A stretch of DNA of 63,336 bases from Chloroflexota bacterium (GCA_039933775.1 JBDTNK010000003.1:1-63336), one strand, 5' to 3'; shown: positions 45,371-54,320, counted from the stretch's first letter. Numbers and translations: made by a program. The notes: a model not told the origin generated them from the letters alone.

Positions 45371-47170
45371 ATGGCATTGCCTGTCGCTGCGGATGAGCCG
45401 ATCCTGGGCAAATTCCTCGGGAGCGGCGACTTTCCGATCGAATGGGCGTCCGACCAGGAACGGCAGCTGTTCTGGGTCTTCGACGACCTGCACTGCCCGC
45501 ACCCACTGAGCCCGATGTTCTACGAGATCGGCGGCTGGTGGCTGACCTGCGATCACATGTTCCGCCGCTTCGGGACGCCGTTTGCGTGCGACTGGATCAC
45601 CAAAAACGTCAACGGCTACCTCTACACCGCCGCCGTGCCGGCCGACCCTGCCCGGCAGGTCGACGCGATGGAGTACGGCGCCCGCTACGGCGCCCGCGTC
45701 CCGCTCGACCCCGAATACGGCGAGCGCATGGGTGCGTACCTCGACGCGGTGCTGCCGGTCTACGGCCAGCACTTCGCGGAGTGGTGGCGGGATCGGCTCG
45801 TCCCCGAGATGCAGGCCAACTTCGCCTTCCTGGAGCAGCGCCTCGAGCGCCAGGACGAGCTGTCGCTCATGGATCTGGCCGTCCTGTTCGAGGATGCGAT
45901 CGACATCCACGATCGGCACTGGAAGATCCACTGGATGCTGAACTTCTCGCAGCTCTCGGCGACGCTCAACCTGCGCGCGGTCATGGAGAAGACCCGCGGC
46001 ACGGTCGACGATGCGCTGCTCGGCCGGCTGCAGAACTCGGCGAACGACCGCAACTGGGACTCGATCCGGGCGCTCTGGGAGATGAAGGAGGAGGCGAAGG
46101 CCGACGGCGACCTCGCGACGGCCTTCAGCCACGACACCGCGGCCGAGATCATCGCCGCGCTCAAGCGGACCGAGCGCGGGGATCGGTTCATTGGCGAGCG
46201 GATCAAGCCGTACCAGCAGGAGTTCGGCTGGCACGCGGTCTGGAGCCACGAGTTCGTCTTCCCCACGGTCTACGAGAAGATGGAGCAGGTCGTGGAGCTG
46301 GTCCGCGGCTATGTCGAGAGTGACTACGACTATCCCGCCACGATCGGTGCGCTGAAAACCGATATCGAGGCCGCCTCACGGGAGATCCTGGATGGCCTCG
46401 ACGGCGAGGCGCTCGAGGAGATGCGCGCGGCGAACGAGATCAACCTGCAGATGGCACCGCTCACGCCGGACCACCACTTCTACATCGACCAGGGAGCGAA
46501 CGCACATCTGCGGCTGGTGCTCATCGCCATCGGCCGCAAGCTGGTGGCGGGCAAGGTGCTGGACCAGGCCGACGACGTGCTGTTCCTGCGCTACAACGAG
46601 CTGCGCGCCGTCATGGGCGATCCCGACGCCATCGAGGCGCGCTCCGTCGTCGCGCAACGCCGCGAAGCGCGCGAGGCGGCGTATGCCTTCCGGCCACCGG
46701 CATGGATCGGGACGGCCACCGAGAGCCAGCTCGCCTTCCCGTACCTGGTGAACTGGGGATTTCCCGAAAAGTTCTATCGCAAGGACGCGGTCGCGGGCGT
46801 GGTGGAGGGCATCGGTGGCTCCCCCGGCGTGGTCGAGGGGATCGCACGAGTCGTCCTGCGCGAGGATGAGTTCGATGCCGTCCGCGCCGGCGACATCCTG
46901 GTCTGCCACATGACGAATCCAGCTTGGGTCGTGCTCTTCACGAAGATCGCAGGCCTCGTCACGAACGCCGGCGGCCTGACCGGACATCCCGCGGTGCTCA
47001 GCCGCGAATTCGGCATCCCCGCCGTGGTCGGCACGCAGGACGGGACGCAGCGCATCAGCACCGGCGATCGCGTGCGCGTGGACGGGGCGACCGGCAGGGT
47101 CGAGGTCCTCGAGGCTGCGGGGAAGCCCCGTAACGACCTGTTCACGGTTCAGCCGCGGGCCGAGGCATGA
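45371..47170 (+). CDS. PEP-utilising-enzyme family: acceptor-binding domain + C-terminal phospho-His swivel domain, no ATP-grasp (phenylphosphate synthase A / RPH-like)
   Basis: SD GGGAGG before ATG 45371. FWVFDDLHCPHPLSP, NVNGYLY, DHHFYIDQ, GGSPGVVEGIARVV, LVCHMTNPAW, AGGLTGHPAVLSREFGIPAVVG. Confidence 0.88.
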   Translation: MALPVAADEPILGKFLGSGDFPIEWASDQERQLFWVFDDLHCPHPLSPMFYEIGGWWLTCDHMFRRFGTPFACDWITKNVNGYLYTAAVPADPARQVDAMEYGARYGARVPLDPEYGERMGAYLDAVLPVYGQHFAEWWRDRLVPEMQANFAFLEQRLERQDELSLMDLAVLFEDAIDIHDRHWKIHWMLNFSQLSATLNLRAVMEKTRGTVDDALLGRLQNSANDRNWDSIRALWEMKEEAKADGDLATAFSHDTAAEIIAALKRTERGDRFIGERIKPYQQEFGWHAVWSHEFVFPTVYEKMEQVVELVRGYVESDYDYPATIGALKTDIEAASREILDGLDGEALEEMRAANEINLQMAPLTPDHHFYIDQGANAHLRLVLIAIGRKLVAGKVLDQADDVLFLRYNELRAVMGDPDAIEARSVVAQRREAREAAYAFRPPAWIGTATESQLAFPYLVNWGFPEKFYRKDAVAGVVEGIGGSPGVVEGIARVVLREDEFDAVRAGDILVCHMTNPAWVVLFTKIAGLVTNAGGLTGHPAVLSREFGIPAVVGTQDGTQRISTGDRVRVDGATGRVEVLEAAGKPRNDLFTVQPRAEA

Positions 47171-47457
47171 CGTACGTGGTCACCGCCACGTGGCGTGCCC
47201 GCGAAGGCGAAGCCGAGCGCGTTCGCGAGATCCTCGAGGTGCTCACGCCTCTCTGCCGCGCCGAGCCCGGCTGCCGCCAATACCAGGCCCACCAATCGCT
47301 CGACGACCCGCGGCTCTTCTTCCTCTACGAGCAGTACGACGACGAGGCCGCGTTCCAGGCGCACGCGCAGACCGACCACGTCGAACGCCATGTCCGCGGC
47401 GATGCCGTGCCGCGGCTGGAGCTGCGCGAGCGCGCGATCTTCACGACGTTCGAGTGA
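47167..47457 (+). CDS. Antibiotic-biosynthesis-monooxygenase (ABM) family protein
   Basis: CRAEPGCRQY, FFLYEQYDDEAAFQAHAQTDH. ATGA overlap. Confidence 0.88.
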   Translation: MTYVVTATWRAREGEAERVREILEVLTPLCRAEPGCRQYQAHQSLDDPRLFFLYEQYDDEAAFQAHAQTDHVERHVRGDAVPRLELRERAIFTTFE

Positions 47458-48128
47458 TGCCTGACCTCAAGCAGCCCGCGGCCCCGCTCCCACGCAGCGT
47501 CCTTAGCGCCCAGGTCAAGGACAGGATGCTGCAGTGGGTCCTGCAGGGAGAGCTGGCACCGGGAGCGCGCATCATCGAGACGCGCATCGCACGACAGCTC
47601 GGGACGAGCCAGGCGCCGGTGCGCGAGGCGCTGCGCGACCTCGCGACGCTGGGATTGGTCGAGATGCACCCGTTCCGCGGGGCGCGCGTCCGCGAGCCCG
47701 CGCCCGACGAGCTCATCGAGGCTATGGAGCTGCGCGGCGAGCTCGAGGCGATCGCCGCGCGAAGCGCGGTGCTACGCATCGACGACGCCGGCCTGGCACG
47801 GATGCATGAGCTGCTCGACGAGATGCGCGCGAGCGCCGCCCGTGGTGACGCCCATGCGCAGGCGCTCCGCAACTCCGAGTTCCACTCCTGCATCATCAGC
47901 GCCTCCGGCAATCGGACCCTCCAGCGCCTGTGGTCGATGCTCGAGCCGTTCGCGCGCACCTACCTGACCGCCACGCTGCCGGGGGCCGACCTGCACTGGC
48001 TGGCCGAGCGCCACGTGGCCATCCTCGACGCCTTCACGGCCCGTGACCCGGAGCGCGCCGCCGAGACGATGCGGCTGCACGCCCGCGAGGCGCAGCGGCA
48101 GGTGCTCGAGCCGGACGAGACGGCCTAG
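47457..48128 (+). CDS. GntR-family regulator (FCD/FadR C-terminal domain)
   Basis: GELAPGARIIETRIARQLGTSQAPVREAL, NSEFH, GNRTL, H.AILDA...RD...A..MR.H. TGATG overlap. Confidence 0.92.
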   Translation: MPDLKQPAAPLPRSVLSAQVKDRMLQWVLQGELAPGARIIETRIARQLGTSQAPVREALRDLATLGLVEMHPFRGARVREPAPDELIEAMELRGELEAIAARSAVLRIDDAGLARMHELLDEMRASAARGDAHAQALRNSEFHSCIISASGNRTLQRLWSMLEPFARTYLTATLPGADLHWLAERHVAILDAFTARDPERAAETMRLHAREAQRQVLEPDETA

Positions 48129-48136
48129 ACGCACCG

Positions 48137-49000
48137 ATGTTCGACTACGCGCGACCGAAAAGCCTGAACGAGACCTTCGCCCTGCTGCGGGAGATGCCCG
48201 ACGCCAGGCTCCTCAGCGGGGGAACCGACCTGCTGGTGAACCTGCGCGGGGGCCGGGCGGCGACGCCCCTGGTCATCGATCTCAAGCGGGTCGCCGATCT
48301 CGAGGCGGGCATCACCCAGCGCGAGGGCTGGTTGCGCGTCGGCGCCGGCACGGTCATGACCGATCTCGCCGCAGACGACCACGTTCGCGACCGCTTCCCG
48401 TCCCTGGTGGGAGCCGCTCTGGTGGTTGGCTCGGTCCAGATCCGCAATCGCGCCACGCTGGCGGGCAACGTGTGCAACGCCTCTCCCGCCGCCGACACGG
48501 CTCCCCCGCTGTTGATCCACGACGCCGTCGTCGAGCTTGCCGGCAGCGCGGGCCTGCGGCGCGTCGAGCTGAGCCAGTTCTTCCTGGGACCCGGCCGTAC
48601 CGCGCTCCAGCCCGGCGAGCTGGTTGCCGCGATCGAGCTGCCGATTCCCGGCGGGCCGCTCGGGACGGCGTTCGCGCGCATGACGCGCCGCCGCGGCGTC
48701 GACCTCGCCACGGTCAGCCTGTGCTGCTCCGTCTCGGCCACCGGCGTCACCAGATTCGCCTTTGGCGCCGTCGGCCCGCGGCCCTTCGGGGTGACCGATG
48801 ACACCGGCATCCTGGCCGACCCCGCCGGCGACCCGGCGCTGCAGGACGAGGCGCTGCGCCGCCTGACCGGCCACGCCAGCCCGCTCTCGAACGTGCGCGC
48901 CAGTCGCGAGTACCGCGAGGCGATGCTGCTGGTCCTCGGGCGTCGGGCGCTCGAAGCGGCCAGGCAACGGCTGCGGGAGGCGCACCTTGCCGGGACGTGA
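48137..49000 (+). CDS. Molybdenum hydroxylase FAD-binding subunit (CoxM/CutM-like)
   Basis: LSGGTDLL, VGSVQIRNRATLAGNVCNASPAAD, GELVAAI. Confidence 0.92.
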   Translation: MFDYARPKSLNETFALLREMPDARLLSGGTDLLVNLRGGRAATPLVIDLKRVADLEAGITQREGWLRVGAGTVMTDLAADDHVRDRFPSLVGAALVVGSVQIRNRATLAGNVCNASPAADTAPPLLIHDAVVELAGSAGLRRVELSQFFLGPGRTALQPGELVAAIELPIPGGPLGTAFARMTRRRGVDLATVSLCCSVSATGVTRFAFGAVGPRPFGVTDDTGILADPAGDPALQDEALRRLTGHASPLSNVRASREYREAMLLVLGRRALEAARQRLREAHLAGT

Positions 49001-49475
49001 GCTGCGTGTCGGGCTCGGCGTCAACGGCGAGCAACGCAACATCGAGGTGTCGGTGGAGCAGACGCTGCTCGAGGTGCTGCGCGACCAGGTCGGACTCACC
49101 GGAACCAAGGAATGTTGCGCCGTCGGCGAATGCGGCGCCTGCACCGTCATGCTCGACGGCCGCGCGGTTAACTCATGCCTGGTGCTGGCAGTCGAGGCCG
49201 ATGGCGCGCAGGTCACGACGATCGAGGGGCTGACAGCGCGTGACGGCCTGAGCCCGCTGCAGGATGCGTTCGTGAGGCATGGTGCCGTCCAATGCGGATT
49301 CTGCACGCCGGGAATGGTCGTCGCCGCGCACGCGCTGCTGACCACCACGCTGCGGCCGACGATGGCCGAGATTCGCGAGGGCCTGTCGGGGAATCTCTGC
49401 CGCTGCGGCTGCTACAACCAGATCTGCGACGCGGTGGCCGAGGTCGCCGGCCTCGTGGCCGCGCCCGCGCGATGA
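48987..49475 (+). CDS. Molybdenum hydroxylase 2x[2Fe-2S] subunit (CoxS-like)
   Basis: TGTKECCAVGECGACTV, VNSCL, QCGFCTPG, NLCRCGCY. Confidence 0.95.
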   Translation: MPGRELRVGLGVNGEQRNIEVSVEQTLLEVLRDQVGLTGTKECCAVGECGACTVMLDGRAVNSCLVLAVEADGAQVTTIEGLTARDGLSPLQDAFVRHGAVQCGFCTPGMVVAAHALLTTTLRPTMAEIREGLSGNLCRCGCYNQICDAVAEVAGLVAAPAR

Positions 49476-51715
49476 TCGGCAGTTCGGAGCGGCGCATCGG
49501 CGGCGCTGATCGCGCCAGCGGGGCGCAGCGCTACGTGGCCGACGTCCGGCTGGGCGGCGCGCTGCACGTCGCGCTGGTGCATCTCGATTGCGCACGCGCT
49601 CGCATCGGTCCCATCGATGCGACCGCCGCGCTGCTGGCGCCGGGCGTCGTCGCGGTGGTCACCGCACAGGATCTCCCGCAGCCCATGCCCCGCTTCGGGC
49701 CCACGTACGCGGACCGGCCGCTGCTGGCGGTGGATGAGACAAAGTTCCACGGCGAGCCGGTCGCCGCGGTGTTGGCCGAGACGCACGAAGCCGCCCGCGA
49801 GGCCGCGGCGCTGGTGCGGGTCGAGCACGAGCAGCTGCCCGCGGTGGTGAGCATCGGGCAGGCGCTCGACCCTGGCGCGCCGCTCGTCCGCGATCCGGCG
49901 CTGCGCGCTGCCGACGACCCGCTGCGGAACACGAACAGGCTGTCCGAGTGGCACTTCGGCTGGGGTGACGTGGATCGCGCTTCCGCCGATACGGTGATCG
50001 AGCACGTGTACGGCGCCGCATCGACGACGCATTTCGCGATCGAGCCGCACGGCTTCATGGCCGCGCCCGACGGTGACGGCGTCGCCATCTGGAGCTCGAT
50101 CCAGCATCCCTATGTCCTGCAGCGGCTGGTGGCGGCGACCATCGGCCTGCCGGTCGCGAAGGTGCGCGTCTTCGCGCCGGACCCGGGCGGCGGCTTCGGC
50201 GGCAAGCAACATGCCAAGTACGAGCCGCTCCTCGCCGTCCTGGCGCTGCGCATTGGCCGTCCGTTGCGCCTGGTGCTGACCCTGGAGGAGACGTTTCAAT
50301 CGGTCCGCTCGCCCACCTTCGAGATCGCGATGCGCACCGGGTTCCGCGATGACGGCACGATCACCTTCCAGGACATCGTCGTGGACGGCATGCTCGGCGC
50401 GTACGCGGACATCGGCTACCGGGTGGTCAGCAAGGCCGCGTACCTGGCCTGTGGCCCGTACCGCGTGCCGGACGCGCGCATCGAGGTCCGAGCGCTGCTC
50501 TCCCACACGCCACCGGCCACCGCCCTGCGCGGCTTCGGCAGCCCGCAGATGGCCTGGGCCTTCGAGTCGCAGATGGACGCGGCGGCGGCGCAGCTTGGCC
50601 TGGACCGGGTCGCGATCCGGCTCGGCAACCTTGCCCGACGGGGCGAGGCCATCGTGCGCGGCGCCGGGGACACCCCCGTTGACGGCGACTGGGCGCAGAC
50701 GGTGCAGCGGGCCGTCGCCTGGATCGGCTGGGACACGCCGCTCCCCGAGGGCCATGGTCGCGGGCTGGCGCTGGGCATCAAGTCGTCGGCGACGACGGGC
50801 GCCTCGTACGCCATCGTGCGGCTGCTCCACGACGGCAGCGCGACGGTGATGGCCGGCACCTCGGACATGGGACAGGGCGCTCGCACCGTGATCGCGCAGA
50901 TCGCCGCACAGGAGCTCGGGATCGGCACGGAGCGCGTCAACGTCGTCATGGGCGACACCGGCGCGGCGCCGTACGACATGCAGACGTCGGCCAGCCGCTC
51001 GACCGTCTTCATGGGCACCGCGGTGCTGAACGCCTGCAGCGAGATCAGGAAGAAGCTGCGGCAAATGGCCGCCGAGACATACCGCATGCCCGAAGCGACG
51101 CTCGAGCTCGACGGTGGCAGTGTGCGGCTGCCCGATGGCGCTCGTTCGTTTGTCGAGATCATGGCCGATACCTTCGGCCCGATGCTGGGCGAGGTGATCG
51201 GCATCGGGGAGCGGCGCGGCGCCCACATCCCGGGCCATCCGCTCGGCGGACACGCGGCCTTCTACGAGTTCAGCTGCACCGCATCGGAGGTATCGGTCGA
51301 TATCGAGACCGGCGAGGTCCAGCTCCTGCGCCACGTGACCGTCTCCGACGTCGGCAAGGCGCTCAACCCGACGCACGTCGCGATGCAGGATGAGGGCGCG
51401 GCGATGATGGGCATCGGCCAGACGCTGATGGAGCACCTGCTCTTCGACCCGCAGAGCGGCCGGATCGAGAACCTCGGGGCGCTCGACTATCGGATCCTGA
51501 CCACCAAGGACGTGCCGCTCGAGATGGCGTCGCTGACCGTTGAAAACGAGGATGGGCCCGGTCCGTACGGCTCGAAGGGGACCGGCGAGAGCGGCCTCCT
51601 CTCCACCGCACCCGCGATCGCATCTGCGATTCGCGACGCGACCGGCGTGGCGATCCGCGACCTTCCGATCACCCCCGAGCGCATCTGGGCGGCGTTGCAG
51701 TCAGCTCGTCGGTAG
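49472..51715 (+). CDS. Xanthine dehydrogenase-family molybdopterin-binding subunit (substrate unknown)
   Basis: IEPHG, GGGFGGK, ALRGFGSPQ, DMGQG, TSASRST, KGTGE (catalytic Glu). Confidence 0.93.
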   Translation: MIGSSERRIGGADRASGAQRYVADVRLGGALHVALVHLDCARARIGPIDATAALLAPGVVAVVTAQDLPQPMPRFGPTYADRPLLAVDETKFHGEPVAAVLAETHEAAREAAALVRVEHEQLPAVVSIGQALDPGAPLVRDPALRAADDPLRNTNRLSEWHFGWGDVDRASADTVIEHVYGAASTTHFAIEPHGFMAAPDGDGVAIWSSIQHPYVLQRLVAATIGLPVAKVRVFAPDPGGGFGGKQHAKYEPLLAVLALRIGRPLRLVLTLEETFQSVRSPTFEIAMRTGFRDDGTITFQDIVVDGMLGAYADIGYRVVSKAAYLACGPYRVPDARIEVRALLSHTPPATALRGFGSPQMAWAFESQMDAAAAQLGLDRVAIRLGNLARRGEAIVRGAGDTPVDGDWAQTVQRAVAWIGWDTPLPEGHGRGLALGIKSSATTGASYAIVRLLHDGSATVMAGTSDMGQGARTVIAQIAAQELGIGTERVNVVMGDTGAAPYDMQTSASRSTVFMGTAVLNACSEIRKKLRQMAAETYRMPEATLELDGGSVRLPDGARSFVEIMADTFGPMLGEVIGIGERRGAHIPGHPLGGHAAFYEFSCTASEVSVDIETGEVQLLRHVTVSDVGKALNPTHVAMQDEGAAMMGIGQTLMEHLLFDPQSGRIENLGALDYRILTTKDVPLEMASLTVENEDGPGPYGSKGTGESGLLSTAPAIASAIRDATGVAIRDLPITPERIWAALQSARR

Positions 51716-52594
51716 GGCCGGCAGCGGCGTCGGGACCCGACGTCGAGCTTCGAAGCGCAGGTACTCGGTGTAACCCGCGCGCCGCGCAGCCGCCACGACG
51801 ACCTCGTAGCCGAGCGCCGCGTCGTCCGCCACGTGGGCGTCGCTGGCGAGCGTGATCGGCACCCCGGCCGCACGGAACCGCGCCAGGAAGCTCGGCGCGG
51901 GGTAGAGGCGCTGGACCCGGTGCCGCAGCCCGGCGCTCGACACCTCGATCGCCGTCCCACTTCGCGCAGCTGCCGCGACCACCGGACCGTACAGGTGGCC
52001 GAGGTCCCCGCCGGGCTGCAGCGCGTGGCGGGCAATGACGTCGGCGTGGGCCAGCACATCCACGAGCCCCGATCCGGCGAGCGCCGCCTCGAGCTCGAAG
52101 TACTGCGCGAAGGCCCGCTCGGTGCCCCGGCGCTCGTACTCGGCCCGGGCGCTGTCGCGCATGAAGTTCCAGGCACCGATCCAGTGGATCGAGCCGACGA
52201 GGTAGTCGAACGGGATGCCGGCCAGCAGGTCGAGCACCGCGACCTCGGTGCCGGGCACGAAATCGACCTCGAGGCCGAGCTTGACGGGCAGGCCGCGTGC
52301 CTTCGCGTCCAGCACGACCTCCACGTAGCGCGCCAGCGACAGGTTCCGCTCCGTGCCGATCCAGGCTGCCAGGTCCGCTCGAAGCCGCGCGTCGGGGTCG
52401 CGCTCCCACCATCGACCAAGAACCGGGATCGACTCGCGGCACCGATAGAGGTGCTCGGTGAAGCCGAGCTCGGTCACGCCGCGCGCCGCCGCCGCCTCCA
52501 TGTATCGGTCGATCCAACCATCGGGGTAGACCCCCATCGGTGGCGCGCCGGGCACCGGGCGGTGGGGATGGAGGTGAAGGTGGTAGTCGCTCAT
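51701..52594 (-). CDS. PHP-domain phosphatase, HisJ (histidinol-phosphatase) family
   Basis: DYHLH, GFTEH, GLEVDF, DYLVGSIHW, LAH.D, EVSSAGLR, TLASDAH. Confidence 0.88.
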   Translation of the reverse strand: MSDYHLHLHPHRPVPGAPPMGVYPDGWIDRYMEAAAARGVTELGFTEHLYRCRESIPVLGRWWERDPDARLRADLAAWIGTERNLSLARYVEVVLDAKARGLPVKLGLEVDFVPGTEVAVLDLLAGIPFDYLVGSIHWIGAWNFMRDSARAEYERRGTERAFAQYFELEAALAGSGLVDVLAHADVIARHALQPGGDLGHLYGPVVAAAARSGTAIEVSSAGLRHRVQRLYPAPSFLARFRAAGVPITLASDAHVADDAALGYEVVVAAARRAGYTEYLRFEARRRVPTPLPALPTS

Positions 52595-52625
52595 CGGTCC
52601 GTCCGCCAAGCTGAAACGGCCGCGA

Positions 52626-53492
52626 TCAACGAAAGCTGGCGCTGAGCCTGTCCCAGAGCGCGCCCGCGTTGTGCTTCTGGATGTATCCCATCATGTACTC
52701 CTGGCCGATGTCCACCGGGAAGCGCTCGGCGAAGTTGACGCGCTCGATGGTCTCATCGCGCGACCAGCCCTTCGCCACGGCATAGGCCACCGCGGAGGTC
52801 CACTCGAGCAGGACCGCCTTCTGCGTGGCGAGATAGCTCGTGGTCGTCACCGGCCCGTGCCCCGGGATGACGTGGTCCACGTCCAGCGCCGCGATGCGGT
52901 CGAGCGTCGCCAGCCACTGGTCGACATCCGAGCTCATGAGCCACGTCTGGACGTCGGAGAAGACGGTGTCGCCGGTCAGGACGACGCGCTCCTCGGGGAT
53001 ATGAACCGCCACCTGCCCCGGCGTGTGTCCCGGCGTGTGCAGCAGGTGAAAGGTGTGCTCGCCCACGTGCAGGGTCAGGTCGCCGCTGAACACGATCTGG
53101 CCGCGGTTCGGATCGGCCTCGTAGATCGCGCGGTCGGGGAAGATGTCCTGCCCGTCGGGGTCGTCGGTCGGCATCGCCTCGGCGGCGTAGGCGAACGGGT
53201 CCAGGATGGGGCCCACGACCATGAAGTTGTCGGCCACGCCCTGGTGGTGCACCACCCGACCCGCGCCCTTGAAGTAGTAATTGCCGAAGATGTGGTCGAC
53301 GTGGTGCTCGGTGTTCACGACGTAGCGGATCGGGCCATACGACTCCGCCTCGTGGCGCATCGCGACGGCTTTGGTCGGCAGCTGCGGCGTGTCGATCACC
53401 ACCACTCCGTCGGCGGTCGTGACGTAGCTCGGATTGCAGCCCCGGATCGTGGTGTCGGTGCGTACGTTGCTCGTGACGAGCTGCGTGCCCAC
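52626..53492 (-). CDS. Metallo-beta-lactamase-fold hydrolase (cyclase-like)
   Basis: VIDTP, NTEHHVDHIFGN, TPGHT, LTGD, IPGHG. Confidence 0.88.
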   Translation of the reverse strand: MGTQLVTSNVRTDTTIRGCNPSYVTTADGVVVIDTPQLPTKAVAMRHEAESYGPIRYVVNTEHHVDHIFGNYYFKGAGRVVHHQGVADNFMVVGPILDPFAYAAEAMPTDDPDGQDIFPDRAIYEADPNRGQIVFSGDLTLHVGEHTFHLLHTPGHTPGQVAVHIPEERVVLTGDTVFSDVQTWLMSSDVDQWLATLDRIAALDVDHVIPGHGPVTTTSYLATQKAVLLEWTSAVAYAVAKGWSRDETIERVNFAERFPVDIGQEYMMGYIQKHNAGALWDRLSASFR

Positions 53493-53505
53493 GCTCAGCG
53501 AGCCG

Positions 53506-54303
53506 TCACTGCGTCGCGGTCAGGCCGCCGTCGATGGTCAGGATCTGACCGGTGACGAAGGACGATGCATCCGAGCAGAAGAAGAGCACCGCGCCGACGA
53601 GATCGTCAGGGTCGGCGATCCGCCCGATCGGGATGCGGGCCAGCAGCCCCCTCTTGAAGTCCTCGTCCGCGAGGAGGGTCGCCACCTGTGGCGTCGCGAC
53701 GAAGGTGGGTGCGATGGCATTGACGGTGATCCCGTGATGCGCCCACTCGGTGGCCTGCTGGCGCATCAGCGCGTTGATCGCTCCCTTGGCTGCCACGTAG
53801 GCCGAGAAGCCCTGGTTGATGCCGAGCTGGCCGCGCACCGACGAGATGTGCAGCACGCGCCCGCCGCGTCCCCCGGTGATCATGGCGCGCGCCGCGGCCT
53901 GCGTCGGCAGCAGATCGCTGCGCAGGTTCAGGTCGAGGATGCGGTCCCACTCGGCCTCGGGATAGGACTCGGCCGGGTAGAGCGCGCCGCCCGCGCCACC
54001 ACCCACGGCATTCACGATGATGTCGATGCGGCCGAAGCGGGTCATCGCCTCGTCGATCGCGGCATCGACCGCGTCGTGCTTCGTGACGTCGACCGAGAGG
54101 AGGAGCGCCTGGGAGCCGAGGCGTTCGACGGCCTCCGCCAGGTCGACCTTGTCCGCGGCCGATCGACCCAGGACGACCACGTTCGCGCCGGCGCCGGCCA
54201 GGGCCAGCGAGATGCGTCGCCCGATGCCGCCGGCGCCGCCCGAGACGACCGCCACGCGGCCATCGAGGCGGAAGCGGGTCAGCTCATCGGTGGGGGCCGT
54301 CAT
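53506..54303 (-). CDS. SDR oxidoreductase (gluconate 5-/2-deoxy-gluconate 3-dehydrogenase-like)
   Basis: FRLDGRVAVVSGGAGGIG, GRIDIIVNA, ISSVRG, AYVAAKG (YxxxK), VNAIAPTF.T, RIPIGR. Confidence 0.9.
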   Translation of the reverse strand: MTAPTDELTRFRLDGRVAVVSGGAGGIGRRISLALAGAGANVVVLGRSAADKVDLAEAVERLGSQALLLSVDVTKHDAVDAAIDEAMTRFGRIDIIVNAVGGGAGGALYPAESYPEAEWDRILDLNLRSDLLPTQAAARAMITGGRGGRVLHISSVRGQLGINQGFSAYVAAKGAINALMRQQATEWAHHGITVNAIAPTFVATPQVATLLADEDFKRGLLARIPIGRIADPDDLVGAVLFFCSDASSFVTGQILTIDGGLTATQ

Positions 54304-54308
54304 GTCTG

Positions 54309-54320
54309 ATCGATTATCGA
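54309..54320 (-). promoter_or_regulatory. TCGATAATCGAT immediately upstream of the SDR start (second copy of the island motif)
   Basis: 11/12 identity to 45347-45358. Overlaps a GATAAT -10-like hexamer. Confidence 0.4.

Noticed and set aside
45371-47170. Annotation as rifampin phosphotransferase or PEP synthase
   Set aside because: It lacks the ATP-grasp domain, and the context is catabolic rather than resistance.
49412-51436. 674-aa minus-strand ORF
   Set aside because: Antisense shadow of the Mo subunit.
48137-51715. Aerobic CO dehydrogenase or 4-hydroxybenzoyl-CoA reductase
   Set aside because: No CoxL AYxCSFR/AYxGAGR loop, no HcrB Fe-S insert, and no cox accessory or benzoyl-CoA pathway genes.
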